64,000 bases of DNA, taken from assembly GCA_030059665.1 (NCBI GenBank), contig JANVYR010000001.1, forward strand, positions 256,001-320,000. Reading direction: 5' to 3'. This DNA is from Candidatus Calditenuis fumarioli. Its GTDB lineage: Archaea; Thermoproteota; Nitrososphaeria_A; Caldarchaeales; Calditenuaceae. The notes beneath the pieces were generated by a model. It was not told where the DNA came from, did not search any database, and worked only from the letters and a program-made list of their open reading frames with translations. The position numbers and the translations under genes are program-made. Of the stretch, positions 8,587 to 17,011 are shown in pieces. Positions within the stretch are counted from its first letter, which is position 1; each line of letters opens with the position of its first letter.

Positions 8587-8802
8587 ATGGTCAGGCTCTT
8601 CAGGACGCCGGTGGTGGTGGAGGGCAGGAAGGTCGGCGAGTGGTTCTGGGGGGTCACGTGCGACGCCTGCCTGGTCGAGATCGATGCGGCCCACGAGGTG
8701 ACCAGGTGCCCCCACTGCGGTGCCGTCTTCCACTCGTTCTGCTATAACGCCCTCCTCGCCAGCAAGGGCAAGTGCCCCAAGTGCAAGATGGATCTGGCGT
8801 AG
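8587..8802 (+). CDS. Small C4HC3 RING-variant zinc-finger protein
   Basis: C-x2-C-x12-C-x2-C-x4-H-x2-C-x10-C-x2-C; TTATAA at about 8548 upstream. Confidence 0.8.
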   Translation: MVRLFRTPVVVEGRKVGEWFWGVTCDACLVEIDAAHEVTRCPHCGAVFHSFCYNALLASKGKCPKCKMDLA

Positions 8803-8983
8803 TTTTCGGGCTCGGTGACATTTCCATGTCGTCGGTCAATGCGCCTCTCGGTGAATGTCCTCAACGGCTCCCTTGAAGGTCGCTGGCCCTCCGACGTACA
8901 ACCGAGGACTCGCGCTGAGCCCCTTCCGGAATGGGCCGAGGAAACTCTTATCAGAACGGCGGGGTTTCGGTCGGTGAGGCCTC

Positions 8984-9361
8984 ATGTCAGAGACTGGGGG
9001 CGACGAGATACCGCTGGACTACGTGGAAACTCCCACGGGCCTGCGCGTGCCGACCTTCGAATCGGTGCAGAAGGCCTTCGAGAGGGTCAGGGAGTGGTTC
9101 GAGAGCGCGGAGCAGTACCTGCAGGAGGACGACAGGCGGATAGAGGAGCTCCGGCGCAGGGTTGAGGACCTCCAGATGTCGGCGAGGAGCACGGGAGCGG
9201 CGGGCGAAGACGAGGAGTTCAGGGAGCAAATCCTGAAGGCCATCGACGAGATGAAGAGGCGCCTTGAGAGGATAGAGGAGGAGCTGACCGAGGTGAGCGA
9301 GGCGGTCCAGCTCCTATTTGAGATCGCAGAGCGGCTCGAGCGGTCCGAGAGAAAGTCGTGA
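8984..9361 (+). CDS. Coiled-coil hypothetical protein
   Basis: GGTGA RBS, E/R-rich heptads. Confidence 0.75.
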   Translation: MSETGGDEIPLDYVETPTGLRVPTFESVQKAFERVREWFESAEQYLQEDDRRIEELRRRVEDLQMSARSTGAAGEDEEFREQILKAIDEMKRRLERIEEELTEVSEAVQLLFEIAERLERSERKS

Positions 9362-9367
9362 TCGGCG

Positions 9368-10300
9368 CTAACCCTGCTTCAGCTCGCCCTCATCGATGTC
9401 CGTCCTGCCGTATCCGAGGACCTTCCGCTCCGACTCGAGCCTCCGGATCTCGGACTCCAGCTGCTCCTTCCTCCGCTCGAGCCTCCTGATGTCCTCCATC
9501 AGCTCCTCGAACTGCTTCCTGTACGACTCCAGCACCGCCTTCTCCTCCTCCAGCCGTTTGACCTCCTCCCTCTTCCGCTCCTCGAGCCTGGCGAGCCGGA
9601 GCAGCCTCGCCTCCCTGACCCTGAAACGCCTGTCGAGGTCGTTGAAGGCGACCTCCACCTTCCTCGAGGCCTCGTCCAGCTTCCTGAGGTAGCGCTCCTC
9701 CAGGTCCCTGATCTGACGCTCCAGCAGCGCCTTCCGCTCCTCGAGCTCCTCGATCCGTCCGTATACCCCCTGTATCTCCCGTTCCTTCTCCTCCAGCTCC
9801 GCCCTCAGCCTCATCGTCTCCTCCTTGAGCTCCTCCAGCTTCCTCCTCTCCTCGATCAGCTTCGACCGCTCCTCCTCCAGAAGATCCCTGGCCTTCATCA
9901 GGTCCTCGACCGTGTCGTACTGGAGCTTCAGGTACTCCACGAACCGGTCCTGGTCCGCCTTGTACGCCTCGAGTATCCCCCTTATCTTGGTGAGGGTGTC
10001 GAGGGCCTCCAGCAGCCGCTCGGCCACGGTCTCGGTGTGCGCCTTGAAGGCCGCCTCCATGCTCTCCTCGATCACCTGCCTCGTCCCCTCCGACATCGCC
10101 CGCCTCACCTCCACGCCGATCGATCCCAGCCTCGCGGAGACGCTATCGACCGTCTGGGAGAGCCTCTCGAGCTCCCGGGAGAGGTCCTGCTGTAGCGCGT
10201 CGATCCTGGACCTGAGTTCTAGGAGAGCGTTGACGAGCTCCTCCTGCTTTCTCCCTCCGCCGAGCGGGCTCAATCTGTTCAATCCCGAAACGCATATCAT
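9368..10300 (-). CDS. Long coiled-coil hypothetical protein (about 300 aa)
   Basis: Continuous E/R/L heptads; start at 10300 or TTG 10273; the longer ORF-track extension overlaps pyrD. Confidence 0.75.
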   Translation of the reverse strand: MICVSGLNRLSPLGGGRKQEELVNALLELRSRIDALQQDLSRELERLSQTVDSVSARLGSIGVEVRRAMSEGTRQVIEESMEAAFKAHTETVAERLLEALDTLTKIRGILEAYKADQDRFVEYLKLQYDTVEDLMKARDLLEEERSKLIEERRKLEELKEETMRLRAELEEKEREIQGVYGRIEELEERKALLERQIRDLEERYLRKLDEASRKVEVAFNDLDRRFRVREARLLRLARLEERKREEVKRLEEEKAVLESYRKQFEELMEDIRRLERRKEQLESEIRRLESERKVLGYGRTDIDEGELKQG

Positions 10301-10332
10301 AAATATTTTTCCCACGCGGAGGATTCCCGTGA

Positions 10333-11334
10333 TCAGGGAACCCAGCGCATGAGCTCCTCGACGCTGTTGAGACCCCTCGCCCTCAGCTCCGCGAGAATCT
10401 CCTCGAGGATCCTCCGCACGGCATAGGGACCGCGATAGGCCAGCACCGTGTAGAGCTGGACCGTGTTGGCTCCGGTAGAGAGGGCCTCTACTGCATCTCG
10501 ACCGGTGAACACCCCGCCGACAGCGTTCAGCTCGAACTCCCACCCGAACCTCCTCCTCAGCTCGTTGACGGCCCTCATCATCAGCGGGAACAGGGGCCTT
10601 CCGCTGAGACCCCCCCTTCCCGTGGAGAGGCGGCGGTCCTCGGTGGGGAGCGCGTTGACCGCTGTCACGCCCTCGAACCCCGCGTCGAGCCAGACCCTGA
10701 TCGCCGAGAGGACGGCCTCCCAGAGCCCCTCGATCGGCGGATGGACCTTCAGGTATGTTGGCCTCGACTTGATGGGGCGCAAGGCCTCGACCAGGTCCCT
10801 GAACTTCGTCCCGGAGAGGTAGCTCCTCAACTCCGGAGTGTTAGGGGAGGAGATGTTCACCTCGACGCCGTCACCCACCTGCTGGGCTAGCCGGTAGCAC
10901 CGGACCATCTCCTCGATCTCGACGGCACCGATGCTCACCATCAGTGGTACCTTCCCACCTCTCCTCGCGGAGAGACGGCGTACCGCCTCCTCGATCCCCG
11001 GGTTCGGGAAACCCATGGCGTTCAGCAGAGCCTCCTGCTCCCTCAACCTCACGAGCCTCGGCCTCGGGTTCCCGGGCCTCGGTGAGGCGGTGAAGGTCCC
11101 CGCGGTCACGTATCCGAACCCCAGCTTGGCCAGTCGCGTGGCGTACGATCCCGTCTTGTCAAATCCGGCCGCGAGTCCCACGGGGTTCCTGAGGGTTCCA
11201 AGTGCGGTCCTGACCCTGAGAGCTGGGTCCTCGAGCGAGACTTCAGGGAAGAGCGCGAGCGCCCTCAGCCCCAGGACGTGGGAGGTCTCCGGAGGCATCT
11301 TCCGCAGCAACCTGAAGGCCGCCTCGGCCAGCAA
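10333..11334 (-). CDS. pyrD: Dihydroorotate dehydrogenase (quinone, family 2)
   Basis: NPVGLAAGFDK, GNPRPRL, LNAMGFPN, NISSPNTP and GGLSG motifs. Confidence 0.93.
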   Translation of the reverse strand: MLAEAAFRLLRKMPPETSHVLGLRALALFPEVSLEDPALRVRTALGTLRNPVGLAAGFDKTGSYATRLAKLGFGYVTAGTFTASPRPGNPRPRLVRLREQEALLNAMGFPNPGIEEAVRRLSARRGGKVPLMVSIGAVEIEEMVRCYRLAQQVGDGVEVNISSPNTPELRSYLSGTKFRDLVEALRPIKSRPTYLKVHPPIEGLWEAVLSAIRVWLDAGFEGVTAVNALPTEDRRLSTGRGGLSGRPLFPLMMRAVNELRRRFGWEFELNAVGGVFTGRDAVEALSTGANTVQLYTVLAYRGPYAVRRILEEILAELRARGLNSVEELMRWVP

Positions 11335-11443
11335 CCCGCATCCGTCAGTATGCCCGCGAATATGAGCCTCCCCATCCGGAGCGTCGCGATCGGCATCGGA
11401 TACAGGTTTTTTTTTTGGAGAGCCTTCAAGCTCCGGGCGGAAG

Positions 11444-12907
11444 ATGTGGCTGCTTCCGGTGCCTGATCAGCTGGAGGTACTGATCGTCGGCGCTCTCGTG
11501 ACGCTCGCCGTCGGTTCCCTCTCCGGCAGGGAGTGGGGCAGGCTCGCGTCCTCCGTCACGGCCACGGTTTCCTTCACGGCCTCCCTTTACATCACCCTCG
11601 TCCAGTTCCTGAACGGTTACAGGGTCACGTTCGGACCGGGTCAGGGAATACCGGGGTCGGTCATCGTCGTCGACCAGCTCTCGAACTTCCTCTCGCTGGT
11701 CGTCTTGGCGATCTTCGTCTTCTCCTCGATCTACTCGGTTGGGTACATCGAGGAGAGGCACACCGAGTTCTTCTCGCTCCTGCTGGTCCTCGCGATCGGG
11801 ATGCTAGGCGTCTTCTACGCCGGCGATGCGGTCTCCTTCTTCATCTACTGGGAGGTGATGAGCCTCAGCTCCTACCTTCTAGTGGCGTTCAACTACCGGG
11901 AGTGGGAGGCCGTCGAGGCGTCGCTGAAGTACCTGATCATGAGCTCCACCGGATCCGCGGCGCTCCTCTTCGGGATATCGTTGCTTTACGGCCTGACGGG
12001 GGACCTGACCTTCGCGGGGATGAGAAGCGTTCTGGCCTCCGAAGCTCTCGCCAGGGAGACGTGGTCGATAGCAGCCTTCGCCTTCGTCGTAGGAGGGCTT
12101 GCGGTGAACGCCGCGGTCGCGCCCTTCCACTTCTGGCTTCCGGACGCCCATCCGGCCGCACCTTCCCCGGTCAGCGCTCTCCTTTCCGGCGTCGTGATCA
12201 AGGCCGGCGTCTACGGCATGCTGAGGCTGCTGCTCAACGTCTTCCCGCTTGAGCAGTACGGCTGGCAGCTAGGGCTGCTGATGCTTGGGCTCGTGACGAT
12301 GACGGTGGGGAACCTGATGGCCGCCCTCCAGGACGACATCAAGAGGCTCTTGGCCTTCAGCAGCATCGCCAACATAGGCTACATCGTCTTCGGGATCTCG
12401 CTCGGCAACCAGCTGGGCCTGGTGGGGAGCGTGCTGCACGTCCTCAACCACGCGGTGGCCAAGGCCCTCCTCTTCCTCTCCGCGGGGTCCTTCATCCACA
12501 CATTCCACACCCGCAGCCTCGAGGAGCTCTCCGGCGCCGGCAAAGTCCTTCCCGTCACCGGCATAACCTACAGCGTCGGTGCCCTGAGCCTCGCGGGCGT
12601 TCCCGGACTTAACGCCTTCGTCAGCGAGTACGTCATCATCGCTGGAGCCCTCGCCTCCCCCTTTTGGCCCTTCGCGGTCGTGATGATACTGAACGTGCTG
12701 ATCGGTGCCATGTACCACCTCAGGGTAATTCAGACGATATTCCTGAAGCCCTCGTCGCAGAAGGTGAACCCTGCCCGTGAGCCGGGCTACTCGATGCTGG
12801 TCCCGATGGTGATTCTGGCCATAGCTGCGATCGTGATCGGCGTCTACCCGGCGCCCTTCCTCTCGGCAGCGGAGGCGGCCCTGAGGTCCGTGATCTTGGT
12901 CAGGTGA
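11444..12907 (+). CDS. MrpD/NuoN/HyfB-type proton-conducting membrane subunit
   Basis: FFIYWEVM, ASLKYLI, PFHFWLPDAHPAAPSPVSALLSG, KRLLAFSS and NHAVAKALLF motifs. Confidence 0.92.
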   Translation: MWLLPVPDQLEVLIVGALVTLAVGSLSGREWGRLASSVTATVSFTASLYITLVQFLNGYRVTFGPGQGIPGSVIVVDQLSNFLSLVVLAIFVFSSIYSVGYIEERHTEFFSLLLVLAIGMLGVFYAGDAVSFFIYWEVMSLSSYLLVAFNYREWEAVEASLKYLIMSSTGSAALLFGISLLYGLTGDLTFAGMRSVLASEALARETWSIAAFAFVVGGLAVNAAVAPFHFWLPDAHPAAPSPVSALLSGVVIKAGVYGMLRLLLNVFPLEQYGWQLGLLMLGLVTMTVGNLMAALQDDIKRLLAFSSIANIGYIVFGISLGNQLGLVGSVLHVLNHAVAKALLFLSAGSFIHTFHTRSLEELSGAGKVLPVTGITYSVGALSLAGVPGLNAFVSEYVIIAGALASPFWPFAVVMILNVLIGAMYHLRVIQTIFLKPSSQKVNPAREPGYSMLVPMVILAIAAIVIGVYPAPFLSAAEAALRSVILVR

Positions 12908-13006
12908 GGGGATGAGGCCTCCTGCAGGGCCTGAGAATTCCCACCGTAGTGCTCCTTCCTGTGGAGAGGCCCCCCTTAACCGGGAAGGGGAGCGAACAGT
13001 CGGGCG

Positions 13007-13840
13007 ATGTCGTTGAGACGGGAGATGAGTTATATGCAGAACGCGGACTCCGGACTGATGGGGGTGCTGAGCTCGGCGTTGAGGCTCAAGCCGCCGGTAG
13101 CGATGCGGGTGAAAGACCTGCTGAACCTCGCGAGGCTTACGCTGGTCGGAACGGAGCAGCAGACCTTCTTCTGGCACTTCAGCCACGGTAACTCCAGGAT
13201 ACTGGGGTCGCTGTACTCGATACCATACTGGAGGCGTAGCCTCCCGATCTTCTTCTACACGAAGCTCCCGGAGGGCGTGGTGCCGGACGCCTACGTGGCT
13301 TACCGCTACATCGACCGGGAGGAGGTCTTCTTCACCAGGGACAACGACGACCCTAAGTTCCTGTACGCGCCCGTGGTGGAGCTGGACCAGCCACCCGGTT
13401 TCCTCGTGGACGCCGTGAGCGGCAAGTCCAGACCCCAGGTCGAGATGCCGGTACTGACGAGGACCTCCAACTTGTCCTCGTTGCTGAGGCTGCTCGTGGT
13501 GGCCTCCTACGACGGCCAGCAGCCTCCGATACTGAGGTTCGACGCCGACGGCAGGTCGGTCCTCGGCGTGCTACTGCCGTTCTTCGACTACTACGAGGCC
13601 AACGCGCTCCCTGTCTTCGTCTACGTCGAGCTCGAGGCCGCGCCCCAAACGGGCTTCATCAGGTACATCGCGTCGGAGGGCGTCGAGGACGCCGAGTTCA
13701 CCGACCGGGTGACGGACATGAAGTTCTTCTACGCAAGGACCGTCTCGGTTGAGGACAGGCCGTTCTGGATGCCCAACGACGTCGGAGCGAGGAGGAAGAG
13801 GAGAGTGGGGGTGCATCGGTCCAGGGAGGGGGTAGGCTGA
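13007..13840 (+). CDS. Hypothetical protein built from two tandem copies of one domain
   Basis: Alignable halves (see finding); host-like codons. Confidence 0.75.
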   Translation: MSLRREMSYMQNADSGLMGVLSSALRLKPPVAMRVKDLLNLARLTLVGTEQQTFFWHFSHGNSRILGSLYSIPYWRRSLPIFFYTKLPEGVVPDAYVAYRYIDREEVFFTRDNDDPKFLYAPVVELDQPPGFLVDAVSGKSRPQVEMPVLTRTSNLSSLLRLLVVASYDGQQPPILRFDADGRSVLGVLLPFFDYYEANALPVFVYVELEAAPQTGFIRYIASEGVEDAEFTDRVTDMKFFYARTVSVEDRPFWMPNDVGARRKRRVGVHRSREGVG

Positions 13841-13913
13841 GCTGGCGCGGATACGTCCTGTCCGTCGTTCCTGGGGTTAACTTCTAATTAGGCCGAACGC
13901 GCTACCGTTTCGG

Positions 13914-14090
13914 ATGTCTGCTGGCAGGAGGCGGAGGAGGGAGGCACCGATGCCGGCTACCGGCGCGGGACTCCTGAGGTTCTTCGAGGAGGAGGGGAGG
14001 GGGCTCAAGCTGAGGCCTGAGATCGTCCTGATCGCTGGAATCGCGCTGATCGCTGGCGTTGTGGTTCTCTCCAAGTTCTTCCCGGTCTAG
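13914..14090 (+). CDS. secG: Preprotein translocase subunit Sec61beta (missed by ORF track, 58 aa)
   Basis: Hand translation MSAGRRRRREAPMPATGAGLLRFFEEEGRGLKLRPEIVLIAGIALIAGVVVLSKFFPV; AGLxRFFEEE plus C-terminal TM is the archaeal Sec61beta signature. Confidence 0.88.
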   Translation: MSAGRRRRREAPMPATGAGLLRFFEEEGRGLKLRPEIVLIAGIALIAGVVVLSKFFPV

Positions 14091-14348
14091 GTGGTGACCT
14101 TGCTCTCGATCGACACGAGGCTCAGGGCCCGAGGGTTCAGGTACGAGGCGGTCAGGTCGCCGTTGATCAGCGAGGCGGTGGCCGTCAGCAGGTCGCTGAG
14201 GGAGGAGGAGAAGGAGAGGGCCGCAAGGGTCCTCTCGGAGCTGGGATCCACCAGCAAGAGGATTCGGGAGTCCGAGCGCCGACGCCTGGACGCGATCGTT
14301 CGGGGAGTGAACGAGATCCTTCCGACCATCAGGAGGAAGGCCTTCTGA
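14091..14348 (+). CDS. Hypothetical protein
   Basis: Abuts the Sec61beta stop; host-like codons. Confidence 0.6.
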   Translation: MVTLLSIDTRLRARGFRYEAVRSPLISEAVAVSRSLREEEKERAARVLSELGSTSKRIRESERRRLDAIVRGVNEILPTIRRKAF

Positions 14349-14389
14349 GGCAGCAGGCCCCGCGTCATGCCCTTCCGCAGGTCTGCCCC

Positions 14390-14584
14390 TTGAGCGCCGC
14401 GGCGGTCCTCGTCAAGGCCACGCAACTGGCGATCGCGCTGGCACTTCCGGTGCTGGTCCTCGTCTTCCTCCACCATTACGGACAGGGCGTTGGAAGGACC
14501 TGGGTGCCGATCTGGCTGGTGCTGACGCTCCTCTGGAACGCCCTGCTGATAGCGCTGGCGTTGAAGGGGAAGTTCCCAAGGTGA
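14390..14584 (+). CDS. Small two-TM membrane protein
   Basis: Two hydrophobic segments. Confidence 0.55.
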   Translation: MSAAAVLVKATQLAIALALPVLVLVFLHHYGQGVGRTWVPIWLVLTLLWNALLIALALKGKFPR

Positions 14585-14591
14585 GGGGCCC

Positions 14592-14852
14592 TCAGAAGGG
14601 CCTCGGCCTCAGGACCACCTGCTTGCCCTCACGCCTGAGGGTTATGGTCTTGTGCTTCCCGACGTTCTCCCTCAGCTGCGACGGGACGTACACCCTGCCG
14701 TACCTGTCGATGGGGACCACCCACCTCTCGCCGCCGAGCTCGATCACAGCCTCCACCGCACCCTCCGCGATCCGCTTCGGCACCTTCACCCGCCAGTACT
14801 TCCGAACGTTCTTGTCGATCTGGATTACCTCCGCAAGACCCTGAGACTCCAT
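14592..14852 (-). CDS. AbrB/MazE/MraZ-like DNA-binding protein
   Basis: IDRYGRVYVPSQLRE motif and a second related unit (WRVKVPKRI). Confidence 0.65.
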   Translation of the reverse strand: MESQGLAEVIQIDKNVRKYWRVKVPKRIAEGAVEAVIELGGERWVVPIDRYGRVYVPSQLRENVGKHKTITLRREGKQVVLRPRPF

Positions 14853-14900
14853 TGGTATAACGAATTATGCCTCACCTTATAAATTGGAGGCGAGGGCGGT

Positions 14901-15776
14901 TCAGGTGGAGCCGGCGCCGGCCCGGGAGGCGACGAAGTAGATCCCTGTTATCACGAGGGCAGCACCGGCCACCAGCTCGGGCCTGGGGACCTCGTTCAGG
15001 AAGAGGGCCGCGAGGGTGGGTGCCACGACGGGCTCGAGGAGCGCAAGGGTCGCGGCCTGATGGGGCGTCAAGCCCTTCAGGGAGGAGAACTGCAGCGTGT
15101 GTCCCAGAGTAGTAGGAAGCAGCGCTTGCCCCAGCAGGGGCGCGAGCTCGGCGCTGTTCGGGAGCCTGATCAACTCCCCGGTGGCGGGCGAGGACGCGGC
15201 GATGGTCAGGGCCGCGGCGCCGTACACGAAGGGGAGGAGGGAGAGCGGGCTGCCTGTCCTCCTGACGGGTCTCGCGACGATGAGGTAGACGGCCCAGGTG
15301 AGAGCAGAGAGCAGGGCCACCGCGTCGCCCAGCAGGTTTCCGGGAGAGAAGGCGAGCTGGGATCCGGAGATCACCACTACGCCCGAGACGGCCAGGACCG
15401 TCCCGATCATCGCGGTCCCGTCGGGGACGTGCCTCCACAGGACGTACGAGAGCGCTAGGGCCCAGATCGGTGTGGTGTTGACCAGGACGGCCGCGTTCAG
15501 CACCGAGGTGAGCTTGACCGCTGTGGTGAAGAGGAGGACGTGAAGCCCGAGGAGGGCGCCCATCGCGACGAGCTTCGGCCACCCTACCCTGGAGGGGGAG
15601 GGAACGTCACGCCGGAGAAGCAGGTGACCTAAGGTCAGGAAGAGAGCTGAGAGCCCTAGTCGGTAGAGAGAGATCGAGGTCGCCGAGAGCTCGGGCATGA
15701 GCCGGATGAAGACCGCTGACGTCCCGAAGAAGGTCCCCGCGAGGGCCCCCTCCAGGAGGTGGACGTTGACTTTCAA
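14901..15776 (-). CDS. EamA/DMT-family transporter
   Basis: About 10 TMs, two EamA repeats (NAAVLVNTTPIW; LALLEPVVA). Confidence 0.9.
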   Translation of the reverse strand: MKVNVHLLEGALAGTFFGTSAVFIRLMPELSATSISLYRLGLSALFLTLGHLLLRRDVPSPSRVGWPKLVAMGALLGLHVLLFTTAVKLTSVLNAAVLVNTTPIWALALSYVLWRHVPDGTAMIGTVLAVSGVVVISGSQLAFSPGNLLGDAVALLSALTWAVYLIVARPVRRTGSPLSLLPFVYGAAALTIAASSPATGELIRLPNSAELAPLLGQALLPTTLGHTLQFSSLKGLTPHQAATLALLEPVVAPTLAALFLNEVPRPELVAGAALVITGIYFVASRAGAGST

Positions 15777-15786
15777 TCCTCCCTCC

Positions 15787-16965
15787 TCAGGAGACCACAC
15801 CGGTCCCGTACGTGGTGGTGATCGGCCTGCCCCTGCTGAAGCGGTCGATCGAGAAGTGGTCCGGGTCGAAGAACTCCGGTCTCCTCCCGAGCGCCAGGTC
15901 CCTGACGGCCATTCCGATCGCCGGTGCGAGCTTGAAGCCGTGGCCGCTGAGGCCGAAGGCCCAGATCAAATTGCGCACCTCCGGGTCCCTGCAGATCACC
16001 GGGTGCCAGTCGGGCGTGACGTCGTAGAGCCCGGTCCAGCCCCTGACCAGATGCGGCGACCTCTCGAAGGCCGGGAACCTCCTGGATATCCGCTCGTGGT
16101 AGCTGAGGAAGGTCTCCCTCGAGACGGGCCTCCCTCCCTCATCGGGCGAGGCGATGGCGGTCGGAGGAGGCTCGATCGATCCGACGTAGGTCTCGGCATC
16201 TCCGTGGGGCCTCATGTAGAAGTCCAGTCCGAGGTCCGCGAAGACCGGGTGCTCGCCCCTGAAGTCCTCGGGCCTAGCGAAGACCCCTATCTCCTCCCTC
16301 AGCACCTTCATCGGTACATCCCTCCCGAAGGTCGAGGCGATCCGCTGGGTCCAGACGCCGGTGGCCAGGACGAGCGTCTCCGGCGCGTACTCTCCCCTCT
16401 CCGTGACCACCCTGCTAGCCTCGTTCCCCTCCACGACGACCTTGGTGACCCGCACGCCCTCGACTATCCTGGCTCCGTTCCCGGCAGCGGCCTTCGCGAA
16501 GGAGAGGGCGGTCTCAGTGGGCTCAGCGAAACCCGACCCGGGCTCGTAGGCGGCAGCGGCGATCCCGTCCACGTCAGCCTGTGGGATCAGGTCCTTCACC
16601 TCATCCGGAGAGATCGTCCAGGTCTCGACGCCGAGCGACCTTAGCATGCTCACGTTCCGCTCCAACCCCGCCCTGAGCCGCTCTGGAACGGCGAGGACGA
16701 ACCCGACCCGCCGGAAGCCGCAGCTCCCTCCCACCAGCTCCTCGAAGCGCTCGAAGACCCTGTAGCTGGTCAGGGCCATTCTGGCGACCTCAGGCGTGCT
16801 GTAGTGCAGCCTTATGATGGCAGTTGAGTACCCGGTCTGACCCGAACCTATCCTGTTGGCCTCGAGGAGCACGACGTCCCTCCCCACCTCGTTCGAGAGG
16901 TAGTAAGCGATCGCGGTTCCTGTAGATCCGCCGCCGACGACGAGGAATCGCACGCGCTCAACCAT
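15787..16965 (-). CDS. FAD-dependent oxidoreductase, DAO/sarcosine oxidase-beta family
   Basis: VVGGGSTG Rossmann motif, GLYDVTPDWHP, GLSGHGFKLAPAIG. Confidence 0.9.
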   Translation of the reverse strand: MVERVRFLVVGGGSTGTAIAYYLSNEVGRDVVLLEANRIGSGQTGYSTAIIRLHYSTPEVARMALTSYRVFERFEELVGGSCGFRRVGFVLAVPERLRAGLERNVSMLRSLGVETWTISPDEVKDLIPQADVDGIAAAAYEPGSGFAEPTETALSFAKAAAGNGARIVEGVRVTKVVVEGNEASRVVTERGEYAPETLVLATGVWTQRIASTFGRDVPMKVLREEIGVFARPEDFRGEHPVFADLGLDFYMRPHGDAETYVGSIEPPPTAIASPDEGGRPVSRETFLSYHERISRRFPAFERSPHLVRGWTGLYDVTPDWHPVICRDPEVRNLIWAFGLSGHGFKLAPAIGMAVRDLALGRRPEFFDPDHFSIDRFSRGRPITTTYGTGVVS

Positions 16966-17011
16966 CGCGATCCACCTGGGTGCGCTCGCTCTTATGAGTT
17001 GAACTGCGCCT

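Noticed and set aside
8830-8900. Second H/ACA-like hairpin (CGTCGG/CCGACG stem, then ACA at 8898)
   Set aside because: No K-turn in register with the upper stem and no rRNA target recognised
8934-8950. GGGCCGAGGAAACTC resembling RNase P RNA CR-I
   Set aside because: Followed within 40 nt by a clear protein-coding gene; no CR-V counterpart
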